Source: Candidatus Eiseniibacteriota bacterium
GTDB taxonomy: Bacteria; Eisenbacteria; RBG-16-71-46; DASYSL01
Reading direction: 5' to 3'
NCBI GenBank assembly: GCA_031431875.1
Contig: JANPEF010000045.1
Coordinates: forward strand, 1 to 64,000
DNA length: 64,000 bases
Positions within the stretch are counted from its first letter, which is position 1; each line of letters starts with the position of its first letter. The notes under the pieces were generated by a model. It ran no database searches and had not been told where the DNA came from. It saw only the letters and a program-made list of their open reading frames with translations. Of the stretch, positions 55,216-64,000 are shown piece after piece. Both the position numbers and the translations under genes were made by a program.

Positions 55216-55752
55216 TCAGGCGGGGCTCGTCGGTCCCTTCGCCTCGACGCGTGGCGAGCCGATCACACCGGAGATCGCCGCGAGCATCGTGCGCTCGCCC
55301 TCGCTCACGCGCTCGCCGCCGAAGCCGAGGAAGCTTCCCTCCTTGGCGGCGCTCGCGACCTTCGTGCCGATTTCGTGGATGAGCGCCGCGTAGGCCGCGC
55401 CGTCGAGGAGCGTCGCCTTGGCGGTGAGGATCGCAACGGCCTGGCGCAGCGAATCGAGCGCCATCATCCGCACCTTGTTCTGCGCGGTCGCCAGGTCGCC
55501 GGACTTCAGGTCCTTCAGCTTCTCCTTGAGGCCCTGCTGCGCGCCCAGCAGCTCCTCGCGAGTGCAGATCGCGCGCACCAGTGCATTCTCGCTCTTCATT
55601 CCCTCGACCAGCGCGGACGTGGTGCCGAACGCCTCGGCCACCGTGCCGAACAGGCCGCTCGAGCCGGCGATCGTCACCGCCATCGCGGTCAGCGCCGGCG
55701 CCTCGCAGAGCGTGGTCCATTCCTCGGGTGTGAACGTCGTCTTGTCGGACAT
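55216..55752 (-). CDS. Conserved hypothetical protein
   Basis: AGGA RBS; FTPEEW start and VA.AAKEGSFLGFGGERVSEGE motif. Confidence 0.78.
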   Translation of the reverse strand: MSDKTTFTPEEWTTLCEAPALTAMAVTIAGSSGLFGTVAEAFGTTSALVEGMKSENALVRAICTREELLGAQQGLKEKLKDLKSGDLATAQNKVRMMALDSLRQAVAILTAKATLLDGAAYAALIHEIGTKVASAAKEGSFLGFGGERVSEGERTMLAAISGVIGSPRVEAKGPTSPA

Positions 55753-55786
55753 GGCTGAATCCTCCTTGATGCCGTGGTGTGGGGTG

Positions 55787-56263
55787 CTATTCGGTTGCGG
55801 CCGGCCCGCGTGCGAAGCGCATCGTGCCGCTATCCACCTTGAGGTCGATGTACAGCGTGTCGCCGCGGAAGAACGTGTGCGCGGCGTTGCTGAGTTGCTG
55901 GAGGTACTTGGAATCCAGCGAGCCTGGGGGGCACATCATGCGCGTCACCGCCGCCGGACCGATTGTGATTCCGCCTTCGGCGGTATAGGTGTACGTGCCT
56001 TGGCCGCGATTGCAGTCGGCGAGCAGTGCGGTCGAGCCGTCGGCGTTGAACTGGATCGTGTACTTCGCCGGACCGGCCGGCGCGATCAGCTCGACGGGCG
56101 TCTGCGTCGCGACCCACTTCCACGGGCCGTCGGTGAGCTTCGACTGCGGCGCGGCCGTCGAGTCGGCGCCCTTCGGTTGCGGTGACGACGAACAGCCGGG
56201 GATCGCGAGCGAGCCGACAAGGAGGCCGAGGGCAAGGAAGGCCGTGGGCACGCGAAAAGACAT
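55787..56263 (-). CDS. META-domain (HslJ-like) lipoprotein
   Basis: Lipobox IPGC; ADCNRG, TRMMCP. Confidence 0.85.
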   Translation of the reverse strand: MSFRVPTAFLALGLLVGSLAIPGCSSSPQPKGADSTAAPQSKLTDGPWKWVATQTPVELIAPAGPAKYTIQFNADGSTALLADCNRGQGTYTYTAEGGITIGPAAVTRMMCPPGSLDSKYLQQLSNAAHTFFRGDTLYIDLKVDSGTMRFARGPAATE

Positions 56264-56411
56264 GAGAGGTGTCTCCGTGGAGGAACGAGGTGTGACCGAC
56301 TGCGCGCGGAGGGAGTTTGCGTGCGTGGCTCCGACAGTAGACCCGCCACTGTTCGCGTGCAAGCCGGTCGCCGCCCGCGCATGTTATGGTCCGATCGCGG
56401 GAGGGTTTCAA

Positions 56412-56654
56412 ATGAAGACGATCACCAAGCGCTACAGCAACGGCGAGGTCACCGTCGTCTGGCAACCGCATCTGTGCATCCATTCGGGGATCTGCTTTCG
56501 GGGCCTGCCAAACGTGTTCGATCCCCGCCGCCGCCCGTGGGTCGCGCCCGAGAACGCGACGTCGCCCGAGATCGTGGCCCAGGTCGGGCGCTGCCCGTCC
56601 GGCGCTCTGTCGATGGCGCCGGCGGTCGCGGCCGAGCCGGAGCCCACCGGATGA
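56412..56654 (+). CDS. YjdI-like divergent 4Fe-4S protein
   Basis: W.P.LCIHSGIC, VFDP..RPW, CPSGALS. Confidence 0.88.
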   Translation: MKTITKRYSNGEVTVVWQPHLCIHSGICFRGLPNVFDPRRRPWVAPENATSPEIVAQVGRCPSGALSMAPAVAAEPEPTG

Positions 56655-57163
56655 GGCGCGCAGGCGCAGTCGTGGCGGTCCTCGCCGTGCTCGCCGTCGG
56701 CGACTCGCTTCCGACGTTGCGGGGCCGGGACCTCACCGGTCACGGGGTCCGGCTGCCGGACGCGACGCGCGGCAAGGTCACGCTGCTCGCGCTCGGTTTC
56801 ACCTACGACTCGCGCATTCCCGTCGAGGCATGGACCAACCGATTCCGCGCCGACTTCGCATCCGATCGGCGCGTGAACTTCTACGAAGTGCCGATGATCG
56901 GCGGCCTCGGCAAGCTGGGGCGCGGATTCATCGACGGCGGCATGCGAAAGGCGACTCCGAAGGATCTCCAGGGAAACGTCGTGACGGTGTACGACGACGT
57001 GAGCGCGTGGAAGAAGCGCCTCGGCTACCGTGGCGGGGACCCGGCCCACATCCTTCTTCTCGATGCGCGTGGTCGCGTGGTCGCCCGCCACGACGGGCCG
57101 TTCGACGAGCCCGCCTATGCTCGCATTGCGGCGGTCACGCGAGGTTTGCTCGGCGGAATCTGA
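56651..57163 (+). CDS. Exported thioredoxin-like-fold hypothetical protein
   Basis: GDSLP.L.G.DLTG, YEVPMI, LLD..GRVV; no CxxC; overlaps the upstream stop. Confidence 0.65.
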   Translation: MRRAGAVVAVLAVLAVGDSLPTLRGRDLTGHGVRLPDATRGKVTLLALGFTYDSRIPVEAWTNRFRADFASDRRVNFYEVPMIGGLGKLGRGFIDGGMRKATPKDLQGNVVTVYDDVSAWKKRLGYRGGDPAHILLLDARGRVVARHDGPFDEPAYARIAAVTRGLLGGI

Positions 57164-57237
57164 TTCTCACCGCACGGCCCGGAGAAACTCCGGTGCGGTG
57201 GGCTCAAGTCCTTGTCGGACCTGCCGATATCTCTCCA

Positions 57238-57957
57238 ATGGTCCTCCTCTCCCGCCCTGTCCGACGGGTCTTCGTGACTCGGAGCCTACCGGCGCTCGCG
57301 CTTGCCACGGTGCTTGGGCTCGCCGCGGCGCTTGCCGCGCCCGCTACCGCGGGTGTGATCCATGGCACGGTCGAACTCGGCGCCGCGCCCGCGCCGCGCG
57401 CGCCGCGCGCCAACGCCTACCCCGGGCACGCGAACGCGCTGCCGCCCGGCGCCACGAATGCCGACATCGGCGGCGTCGACGAGACGGTCGTGTGGTTCGA
57501 GCGCCTGCCCGCGGGCATGGCGGTCCCGCCTCCCGTCGGCGCCCACCCCACGCTCGAGCAGAAGCGCCAGCAATTCGTCCCGCGCGTGATCGTGCTGCAG
57601 GCGGGGATGACGGTCGACTTCCCGAACCGCGACCCGGTCTACCACAACGTGTTCAGCGTCTCCCCCTCCCGGCGCTTCGACCTGGGCAAGTACCGCGAGG
57701 GACAGTCGCGCAGCGTGCGCTTCGACAAGCCGGGCGTCGTCCGCGTATTCTGCGACATCCACTCGGACATGGCCGCGTTCATCGTCGTGATCGGTCATCA
57801 GCTGTTCGCCCGCGCCGACGCGGCGGGGCGCTTCACGCTGCCCGCCGTGCCCGGCGGCGATTACACGCTCAAGGTGTGGCATCCCAGCCGCGGCGAGAAC
57901 GCCCTGTCCGTGCACGTTCCCGACAGGGGCGATGCCGACGTCACGGTGCGGATCTGA
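57238..57957 (+). CDS. Periplasmic cupredoxin-like/carboxypeptidase-regulatory-like protein
   Basis: Q....F.P.V, FPNRDPVYHNVFS, FDLG.Y, VFCDIHSDM, VWHP; start may instead be GTG 57274. Confidence 0.8.
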   Translation: MVLLSRPVRRVFVTRSLPALALATVLGLAAALAAPATAGVIHGTVELGAAPAPRAPRANAYPGHANALPPGATNADIGGVDETVVWFERLPAGMAVPPPVGAHPTLEQKRQQFVPRVIVLQAGMTVDFPNRDPVYHNVFSVSPSRRFDLGKYREGQSRSVRFDKPGVVRVFCDIHSDMAAFIVVIGHQLFARADAAGRFTLPAVPGGDYTLKVWHPSRGENALSVHVPDRGDADVTVRI

Positions 57958-57958
57958 C

Positions 57959-59773
57959 ATGAAGAGCCCGCTGCGTCGCCGCATCCTGGCGTTCACCGCC
58001 GTGCCCATGGTCGTCCTCACGCTGGGCGCGCTGTGGGTCGTGCACCGGACCGTGTCCGAGCGCGTGCACCAGGCGGTCGAGCAAGACCTGCGTCGGGCCT
58101 CGCTCGTGTTCGAGGACATGCTCGGCCAGCGCGCCGAGCAATTGCGCATCGCCAGCGCCGTCGTGGCGCGCGACCCGCGGTTCTTCGCCGTGCTCACGCT
58201 GCCGGGCTCGCATCGCGATCCCGTGTATCGCAATACCGTCGTGGGCGTGGCCAAGGATTTCAACGCGATCACCGACGCCGACGTGCTCGAGGTCTACGAC
58301 GCGCGCGGCATGTCCATCGCCTCGGTCGGGCGCGAACACCTGCGCGCCGGGGCCGCGAAAGAACTGGTCGCCGCGGCACGCGAGGGCACGATGAGCTACG
58401 AGGTCGTGGCCGCCGGCGACCGGCACTTCCAGGTCATCGCCACGCCCGTCGTGACGGCGGGCCAGGTCGCCGGGGTGCTCGTCGTCGGCGCGGGCATCGG
58501 TGCGCCGCTGGCCGCGAAGCTGCGCGAACAGACGCGCAGCGACGTGAGCTTCGTCGCCGGCGGCGCGCTGTCGGGCACCACGTTGACGCGCGAGACCGAT
58601 CGCAGCGCGCTGCTCGAGGCGGTCGCTACACGCCGCGGTCATGCGCCGTCGGATGCGATCATCGAGCTGGCCGGCAGCGGCGACACGTATCTCACGCTGC
58701 TGCGCCCGCTGCCCGGTTCGCGCGCGGGCGACGCGCAGGCGTACGCGATCCAGCGCTCGCTCAAGGCCGAGACCGCATTCCTGCGCGAGGTACAGGTCGC
58801 GTTGGCGCAGCTGGGGCTGCTCGCGGTGTTGCTCGCGGTGATCGCCGGGCTGCTCGTCTCGGAGCGCATCACCCAGCCGCTGCAGCGCATCGTGCGCGCC
58901 GCCGAGGAGATCGAGCGCGGCAACTACGACTCGCCGATCGCCGTGGGCGGGGCCGACGAGATCGGTTACCTGGCGCGGCGCTTCGATGCCATGCGTCAGC
59001 ACGAGCGCGCCTACGTGCACAGCCTCAAGGAGGTGGCGCGCGTGAAGAGCGAGTTCATCGCGGTGGCGTCGCACGAGCTGCGCACGCCGATCAGTGTCAT
59101 CCGCGGGTTCCAGGAGATGCTCGCGGACCTGGTGCTGGGCCCGCTCACCGAGAAGCAGGTCATGGCCGTGACGGCGATCGGCGAGGGCACGGTGACGCTC
59201 GAGAAGATCGCCGACAACGCCACGCGGATGGCCCAGATCGAGGGCGAGCGCCTGACCCTGAACCGCGAAGCGCACGAGGTCGGCGACCTGGTGAAGGCGG
59301 CGGTGCGCACCGCCACCGACGAAGCACGCGGCCGCCAGGTCCGGGTGACCGTCGAGCTGGACGGGGGCATCCCGCGCTTGCACGTCGATGGCCCGCGCCT
59401 GACCGAGGCCGTGGCGAACCTCGTGCGCAACGGGCTGCGCTTCACGCCCGACGGCGGCCGCGTCGACGTGCGCACCCGCTGGTCGGATCCCGAGCTCGTG
59501 GTCGAGGTCGAGGACGACGGTGTGGGGATCCCGCCCGAGCGCCAGGAGCAGATCTTCGCCCCCGGCTTCGCGGTTCGGGATTCCAGGAACCATCACTCGT
59601 CGACTACATTGGAGTTCAACTCGGCCGGACTCGGGCTGGGGCTGGCCATCGCGCGCGGAATCGTCGAGGCGCACGGGGGCACGCTCGCGGTGGACAGCAC
59701 TCCGGGTCGCGGCAGTCGATTCGTCCTGCGCTTGCGCCCCGACGTCGTGGAGGCGCTGATGGAGGCAGCCTGA
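57959..59773 (+). CDS. Membrane HAMP sensor histidine kinase
   Basis: Two TMs around a periplasmic domain, HAMP (DEIGYL), ASHELRTP, NGLRFT, GLGLGLAI. Confidence 0.9.
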   Translation: MKSPLRRRILAFTAVPMVVLTLGALWVVHRTVSERVHQAVEQDLRRASLVFEDMLGQRAEQLRIASAVVARDPRFFAVLTLPGSHRDPVYRNTVVGVAKDFNAITDADVLEVYDARGMSIASVGREHLRAGAAKELVAAAREGTMSYEVVAAGDRHFQVIATPVVTAGQVAGVLVVGAGIGAPLAAKLREQTRSDVSFVAGGALSGTTLTRETDRSALLEAVATRRGHAPSDAIIELAGSGDTYLTLLRPLPGSRAGDAQAYAIQRSLKAETAFLREVQVALAQLGLLAVLLAVIAGLLVSERITQPLQRIVRAAEEIERGNYDSPIAVGGADEIGYLARRFDAMRQHERAYVHSLKEVARVKSEFIAVASHELRTPISVIRGFQEMLADLVLGPLTEKQVMAVTAIGEGTVTLEKIADNATRMAQIEGERLTLNREAHEVGDLVKAAVRTATDEARGRQVRVTVELDGGIPRLHVDGPRLTEAVANLVRNGLRFTPDGGRVDVRTRWSDPELVVEVEDDGVGIPPERQEQIFAPGFAVRDSRNHHSSTTLEFNSAGLGLGLAIARGIVEAHGGTLAVDSTPGRGSRFVLRLRPDVVEALMEAA

Positions 59774-60993
59774 TGCGTCGCGGTTCCAACAAGGCTTTCC
59801 TCGTGCACGCCATCCTCGTCCTCTGCCTCGCCCTGCCCATCGCGCAGTCCACGGTCGCCACCGCCGCCGATGACGAGAGCGATTTCGACGTCCACGTCCG
59901 CGGACTCCTCGACATCGTCGCCGGCCCCAACAACGACGCGGTCACGCTCAATCGCCTGAACGCCGGCGGATCCGCGTTCGATCCGTGGCGCGGCCGCCTG
60001 TTCGTCGAGGGCAGCGCCAACGACAGGATCAATATCTATACGCAGCTCCACTTGAGCGACGAGTCGGGCGTGTTCGTCTACGGCGCCTACGCCGCGTGGA
60101 CACCCATCGCCGAGCGCGACCTCTCGCTCCAGGCGGGCAAGATCCCGTGGCCCATCGGCACGTTCGGGCCGCGCACCTACTCGAACAAGAATCCGCTCGT
60201 CGGCACGCCGCTGCTGTACCAGTACCACACGTCGCTGCGCGGCGACGTCATGCCCGCCGACATCGACGCGCTGCTCTCCGAGGCCGGCCAGGGCCAGTAC
60301 GGCGTCAACTACGCGCCGGGTCCCGGCGGCTGGCGCGGCATGCCGATCGTCTACGACTTCTGCTGGGACTTCGGCGCCGCCCTGATCGGCAGCGCCCGGC
60401 CGTTCGAGTTCTCCCTCGCGGTCACCAATGGCACGCCGTCGTCGGCCAACGCGGGCCGCGACACCAACGGCGACAAGTCGATCATGGGCCGCATCGGCCT
60501 CCTCCCGCTGCCGGGACTGCGCTTGGGCGTGTCGGGCTCGACCGGCGCCTACATGCCCGACGACATCGAGGCGTCGCTGCCGCCCGGCACCAGCGCCGAG
60601 CGCTACGACCAGAACCTGCTGATGGCCGACCTCGAGTACGCGTTCTCGCGCTTCGAGATGCGCGCCGAGGGCGCCATCAACACGTGGGAGACGCCCACCG
60701 TCGGCGACCTCACGCTGCACGGCTACTACGTCGAGGGGAAGTACGCGTTCGCCAACGGCGCCTTCGTCGCCGCGCGCTACGACGCGCTGCTCTTCGACGA
60801 GGTGCAGGGCACGACCGGCCCCGCCCGCCCGTGGGACGACGACGTGTACCGCTTCGAGGGCGGCATCGGCTACCGCTTCGATCGCCACGTGATCGCCAAG
60901 GTCGTCTACCAGAAGACCACCCTCGATCCGCGCCCGGCCGGCGACTTCCGCTCGTCGGAGCTGGTGGCCGCGCAGGTGTCGCTGGGCTTCTAG
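59773..60993 (+). CDS. Outer-membrane porin-like beta-barrel protein
   Basis: Signal peptide, amphipathic strands, D.N.DK...GR motif, C-terminal QVSLGF; TGATG-coupled to the kinase. Confidence 0.75.
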   Translation: MRRGSNKAFLVHAILVLCLALPIAQSTVATAADDESDFDVHVRGLLDIVAGPNNDAVTLNRLNAGGSAFDPWRGRLFVEGSANDRINIYTQLHLSDESGVFVYGAYAAWTPIAERDLSLQAGKIPWPIGTFGPRTYSNKNPLVGTPLLYQYHTSLRGDVMPADIDALLSEAGQGQYGVNYAPGPGGWRGMPIVYDFCWDFGAALIGSARPFEFSLAVTNGTPSSANAGRDTNGDKSIMGRIGLLPLPGLRLGVSGSTGAYMPDDIEASLPPGTSAERYDQNLLMADLEYAFSRFEMRAEGAINTWETPTVGDLTLHGYYVEGKYAFANGAFVAARYDALLFDEVQGTTGPARPWDDDVYRFEGGIGYRFDRHVIAKVVYQKTTLDPRPAGDFRSSELVAAQVSLGF

Positions 60994-61490
60994 CGGGAGG
61001 CGGTGGCGCCCGCGGTGGCAGCGAACCGCCGCCGCACCTGTTCCTGCCGGTAACCGAAGATCCGGTCGAGCTGCACGCGCACCAGCGGGTGGGCCGCGTC
61101 CCCGAGCGTTCCGAACGGCAGCCGGTAGCGAACCTCGTCGTCGATCGCGGTGCCTTCGCCGTCCGCGGTAGGCGTCAACGTGTGCGTATGGATCCACTGC
61201 GCGTACGGCCCGGCGATCTGCTCGTCGACGAACCGATGCGGCGGATCCCACAGCGCGATCCGCGTGCGCCACCGGATCGGCATGCCCCACAGGCTCAGGC
61301 GGTACTCGAGCAGCGCTCCCTCGCGCATCTCGATCGGCAGCGGCGTCTCGATCCGGAAGCGCAGCTCGGGCGGCGTGATCGCCTCGAGGTTGCCCGCGTG
61401 GGCGAAGAACGCGAAGACCTCCTCGCGGGCGCGCGGCAGGACCAGGTGGGTGGTGAGGATGCGTTCGCGGGCGTGGCGCAGGGGGTTCAT
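60990..61490 (-). CDS. SRPBCC-family protein
   Basis: EVFAFF...NL..ITPP, FVDEQ..GPY..W.HTH, IFGYR. Confidence 0.88.
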   Translation of the reverse strand: MNPLRHARERILTTHLVLPRAREEVFAFFAHAGNLEAITPPELRFRIETPLPIEMREGALLEYRLSLWGMPIRWRTRIALWDPPHRFVDEQIAGPYAQWIHTHTLTPTADGEGTAIDDEVRYRLPFGTLGDAAHPLVRVQLDRIFGYRQEQVRRRFAATAGATASR

Positions 61491-61665
61491 GGTGCGGGTA
61501 GTCTAGCGGTTCGGGCCACGTTGGGGATCGCATGAGCGAAATCGCATGCGCTGGGGCATGTGATTCTGCACATCGGCCTTCGCCCGGCCGTGTCGCCGCC
61601 GCGCCCCCTCCGCGCACAGGCAAGCCCCCGGCCCCGGCGCGCCCACATCGCCCAGGAGACTCGCC

Positions 61666-62172
61666 ATGGACCGCCGCAACGGCCTCGCCGCGCTGCTCGT
61701 TCTCGCGCCCGTCGCGCTCTCGCTCACCACGCTCGCGCCCGCGCCCCGCGCGCAGGGACCCGCCGCCCCGGCGGGCGAGGCGCAGGCATCGCTCGACTCC
61801 GTGAACTTCGACACGAAGAAGGCGATCGCCGACCTGGAGGCTTCGATCAAGGGTCGCGAGAACGCGCCCGCCGAGTCCGTGTGGAAGAACATCCAGGGCT
61901 TCAAGGGGATGCCCGCGGGTCGGCTCCTCAAGGTGATGGAGATGGGGTTCAGCCCGGCGCTCGGCGTGAACTGCCTGCACTGCCACGAGGCCGACGACTA
62001 TGCGAGCGACGACAAACGGCCGAAGCGCGTGTCGCGGGAGATGATGGCGTTCTCGCAGGCCGTGAACACGCGGCTGCGCGAGGTGAAGGAGCTCCAGAGC
62101 AAAGAGCCGGCAATCAACTGCACCACGTGTCACCGTGGCGAGGTGAAGCCGGCTCTTAACCTGAAGCGTTGA
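61666..62172 (+). CDS. Periplasmic diheme c-type cytochrome (resembles part of the reaction-centre cytochrome c family)
   Basis: Signal peptide, KNIQ, ALGVNCLHCH and INCTTCHRG..KP. Confidence 0.85.
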   Translation: MDRRNGLAALLVLAPVALSLTTLAPAPRAQGPAAPAGEAQASLDSVNFDTKKAIADLEASIKGRENAPAESVWKNIQGFKGMPAGRLLKVMEMGFSPALGVNCLHCHEADDYASDDKRPKRVSREMMAFSQAVNTRLREVKELQSKEPAINCTTCHRGEVKPALNLKR

Positions 62173-62185
62173 CGATCGGCGAGCG

Positions 62186-62806
62186 CTAGCGGCGCGTGAG
62201 GGGAGCCTCCGCGGCTCCGACCAACGATGCAACGGCACTCACCCGGACAGTGACCATCGACTGGAAGCCGATCTCGTCGCGCGTCTCCACGTAGAAGTAG
62301 TGGACCGCCTTCGCGCCGAACGGCCCCACGGTGGCGGACCTCACCGCGAGGGACCATGTGCTCCAGTGTGCGAGGTCGTTGTCGTCTAGGCGAGGGGTCT
62401 CGTCGAAGATGTCCTCGTTGTCGAGGGACCATCGGTAGGCATTGATCTTGGCCTGCCCGGTCTTCGAGCGCGCCGACCAGTGGAGGGTCACCGGCTCCTG
62501 TTCCGCGATTGCGAGGTCGTAGATGAGGCTCGGATCGAGCGAGATGCCGCCCTCGGCCTGGACGCGTTTCCAGCCGTCGGTCGTGATGGTGATCCGGGGG
62601 GACTCCCACCGCGGGATGAGGGGCGGACGAACCTGGATCTCGCCCGGCGCGGAGGCGGCGAGACGCTCCGTGGATTGCAGCACGGGGCCCACGATTTCCT
62701 GAGGCTTGCTCGAACAGCCGGCGAGTGGAACGAGTGTGGCGAGGGAAACGAGCACGACGGACGCGACGACCGACGAGCGGCCGTGCAAGGCACGACGGGG
62801 ATTCAT
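62186..62806 (-). CDS. Hypothetical lipoprotein
   Basis: Lipobox LAGC; beta-rich Ig-like pattern. Confidence 0.65.
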   Translation of the reverse strand: MNPRRALHGRSSVVASVVLVSLATLVPLAGCSSKPQEIVGPVLQSTERLAASAPGEIQVRPPLIPRWESPRITITTDGWKRVQAEGGISLDPSLIYDLAIAEQEPVTLHWSARSKTGQAKINAYRWSLDNEDIFDETPRLDDNDLAHWSTWSLAVRSATVGPFGAKAVHYFYVETRDEIGFQSMVTVRVSAVASLVGAAEAPLTRR

Positions 62807-62954
62807 GCGAACCTCTGCAGCGAAACGGTGATCCCGGTCCCTAGGAGTGGCTTCACGGCGCCCCCGCCCAGCCTCAGGCAGCAGCGTGCCGATGAGTCTA
62901 CTTCCGGATCACCCCACGGCGGAATTGGTTTCTGACGACCCCGATCGACCGCCC

Positions 62955-64000
62955 CTACGGGGCGTGATAGGTCGGCCCGCCGGGCCCGCTGGTCGACGTC
63001 GGCGGCTCGTTCGCGGCGAGCTTGGGCAGCTTCTCGACCGCGCCCGCCTCGTCGGTGTCGACCCAGCGCACGCCCTTGGAGCAGGGGCACACGGACTCGG
63101 CGCGGCGCTTCATGACGGGCGACTTCATGGCCGCTTCTTCCTTCGTCACTTCGCCGCCAGACACGCGGCGGATCAGGTCGCGGTACTGCATCATGTCGCG
63201 GCTGGCCAGGTAGGCCGGTGGGAGGACCGCGGCGAGATGGCGCACGTACTCCTCGACGTCGGTGAACGGGTCGCCCTCGACCGAGACCAGGCGGAACGCG
63301 GGCTCGCCGCGGCGACGGAAGAACTCGCGGTGCGGCATCTTGAGGATCTCGTCGTACTGGGTGCCCTCGATCGTGGTGCGCTCGCGCAGGATCGCGGCCA
63401 GCAGGCGGTCGACATCGGCGGGTGACTTGGTCGGGAAGCGCGCGCGCAGGAAGCGCAGGTTGAGGTCGTGCAGCAGCTTCGCGACCTCGTTCCAGTACTT
63501 GAGCTGGGCCTCGCCGTTCTTCATGTCCTTGAAGCCGAGCTTCATGTTCTTCTCGCCGCCGCGCTCGTCGCCGAACATCTCGAGCCCGCGCGGGATCCAC
63601 TTGTTGAGCGACTGCTGGATCTGCTTCGGCGTGATGAACCCGTCGCCCTGGGCGGCGGCCTCGAGCCAGCGGCGCATGGGGACGACGCCGGCGGCGAGAT
63701 GAAAGGCCTCCTCGCGCAGCATCGGCGCCATCGACTGCGCGAACGGGCGGTAGGCGCACACCTTCTGCATGGTCAGCTGGTACTTGCCGACGCGGTCGAT
63801 CACGCCCGAGAACACCACGTTGTCGACGAACGAGTCGTACGGCAGGTTGAACGCCTCGAGCACGTGCGTGCCCGTCTCCATCTGCAGCACGTCCTCGACC
63901 ATGTCCTCGGTCTTGACGCCGCCGGAGAGCTTGTCCCAGTTGCGGCTGGTCAGCATGTGGAACATCTGGTAGCCGTGACGCAGCTCCTCGGCCATCACGC
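62955..64000 (-). CDS. BoxB/PaaA-like diiron aryl-CoA epoxidase subunit (5' part outside the window)
   Basis: EELRH and EEAFH ExxH ligands, DRVGKYQL, LEMFG. Confidence 0.75.
   Translation of the reverse strand, partial: VMAEELRHGYQMFHMLTSRNWDKLSGGVKTEDMVEDVLQMETGTHVLEAFNLPYDSFVDNVVFSGVIDRVGKYQLTMQKVCAYRPFAQSMAPMLREEAFHLAAGVVPMRRWLEAAAQGDGFITPKQIQQSLNKWIPRGLEMFGDERGGEKNMKLGFKDMKNGEAQLKYWNEVAKLLHDLNLRFLRARFPTKSPADVDRLLAAILRERTTIEGTQYDEILKMPHREFFRRRGEPAFRLVSVEGDPFTDVEEYVRHLAAVLPPAYLASRDMMQYRDLIRRVSGGEVTKEEAAMKSPVMKRRAESVCPCSKGVRWVDTDEAGAVEKLPKLAANEPPTSTSGPGGPTYHAP

Noticed and set aside
61558..61573. CRP/FNR- or Rex-type site ATGTGATTCTGCACAT upstream of the cytochrome gene
   Set aside because: Half-site spacing is 2 bp too short for either consensus
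61666..62172. Evidence of phototrophy from the reaction-centre-type cytochrome
   Set aside because: Only two haem motifs and no puf/bch genes in the window; such small cytochromes also occur in non-phototrophs

Overview
Very GC-rich bacterial chromosomal window that spans the replication origin: dnaA-(oriC)-dnaN-DUF721/dciA-gyrB-gyrA-rex, with no recF after dnaN and no rpmH upstream of dnaA. Left of oriC lie a complete phosphate locus (phoB-phoR, a small repeat protein, pstSCAB-phoU, DUF47-pit), an Fe/Mn SOD, an HDAC-family deacetylase, a cold-shock gene and a partial subtilase. Right of oriC lie bcp, a truncated DUF3800 gene, a MEMO1-family gene, an M20 amidohydrolase, corA and two tandem Tyr-rich secreted paralogues. 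They are followed by a coupled arsenic operon (DUF4126-aquaporin-arsC-AhpD-like-arsS), an acyl-CoA beta-oxidation operon, secreted proteins with FlgD-Ig/T9SS-like C-termini, a cupredoxin-like/kinase/porin triad, a diheme cytochrome c and a partial BoxB/PaaA-like diiron epoxidase. The gene content resembles a diderm FCB-related lineage such as Ca. Eisenbacteria (inference only). The most interesting unannotated signals are two minus-strand structured RNA candidates with their own sigma70-type promoters. One (28947-29029) is convergent with, and overlaps the stop codon of, the DUF3800 remnant, which suggests an RNA-protein toxin/antitoxin-like module; the other (32983-33049) is cloverleaf-like. 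No rRNA, canonical tRNA, CRISPR array or transposase was seen. All product calls come from motif recognition by eye, not database searches.
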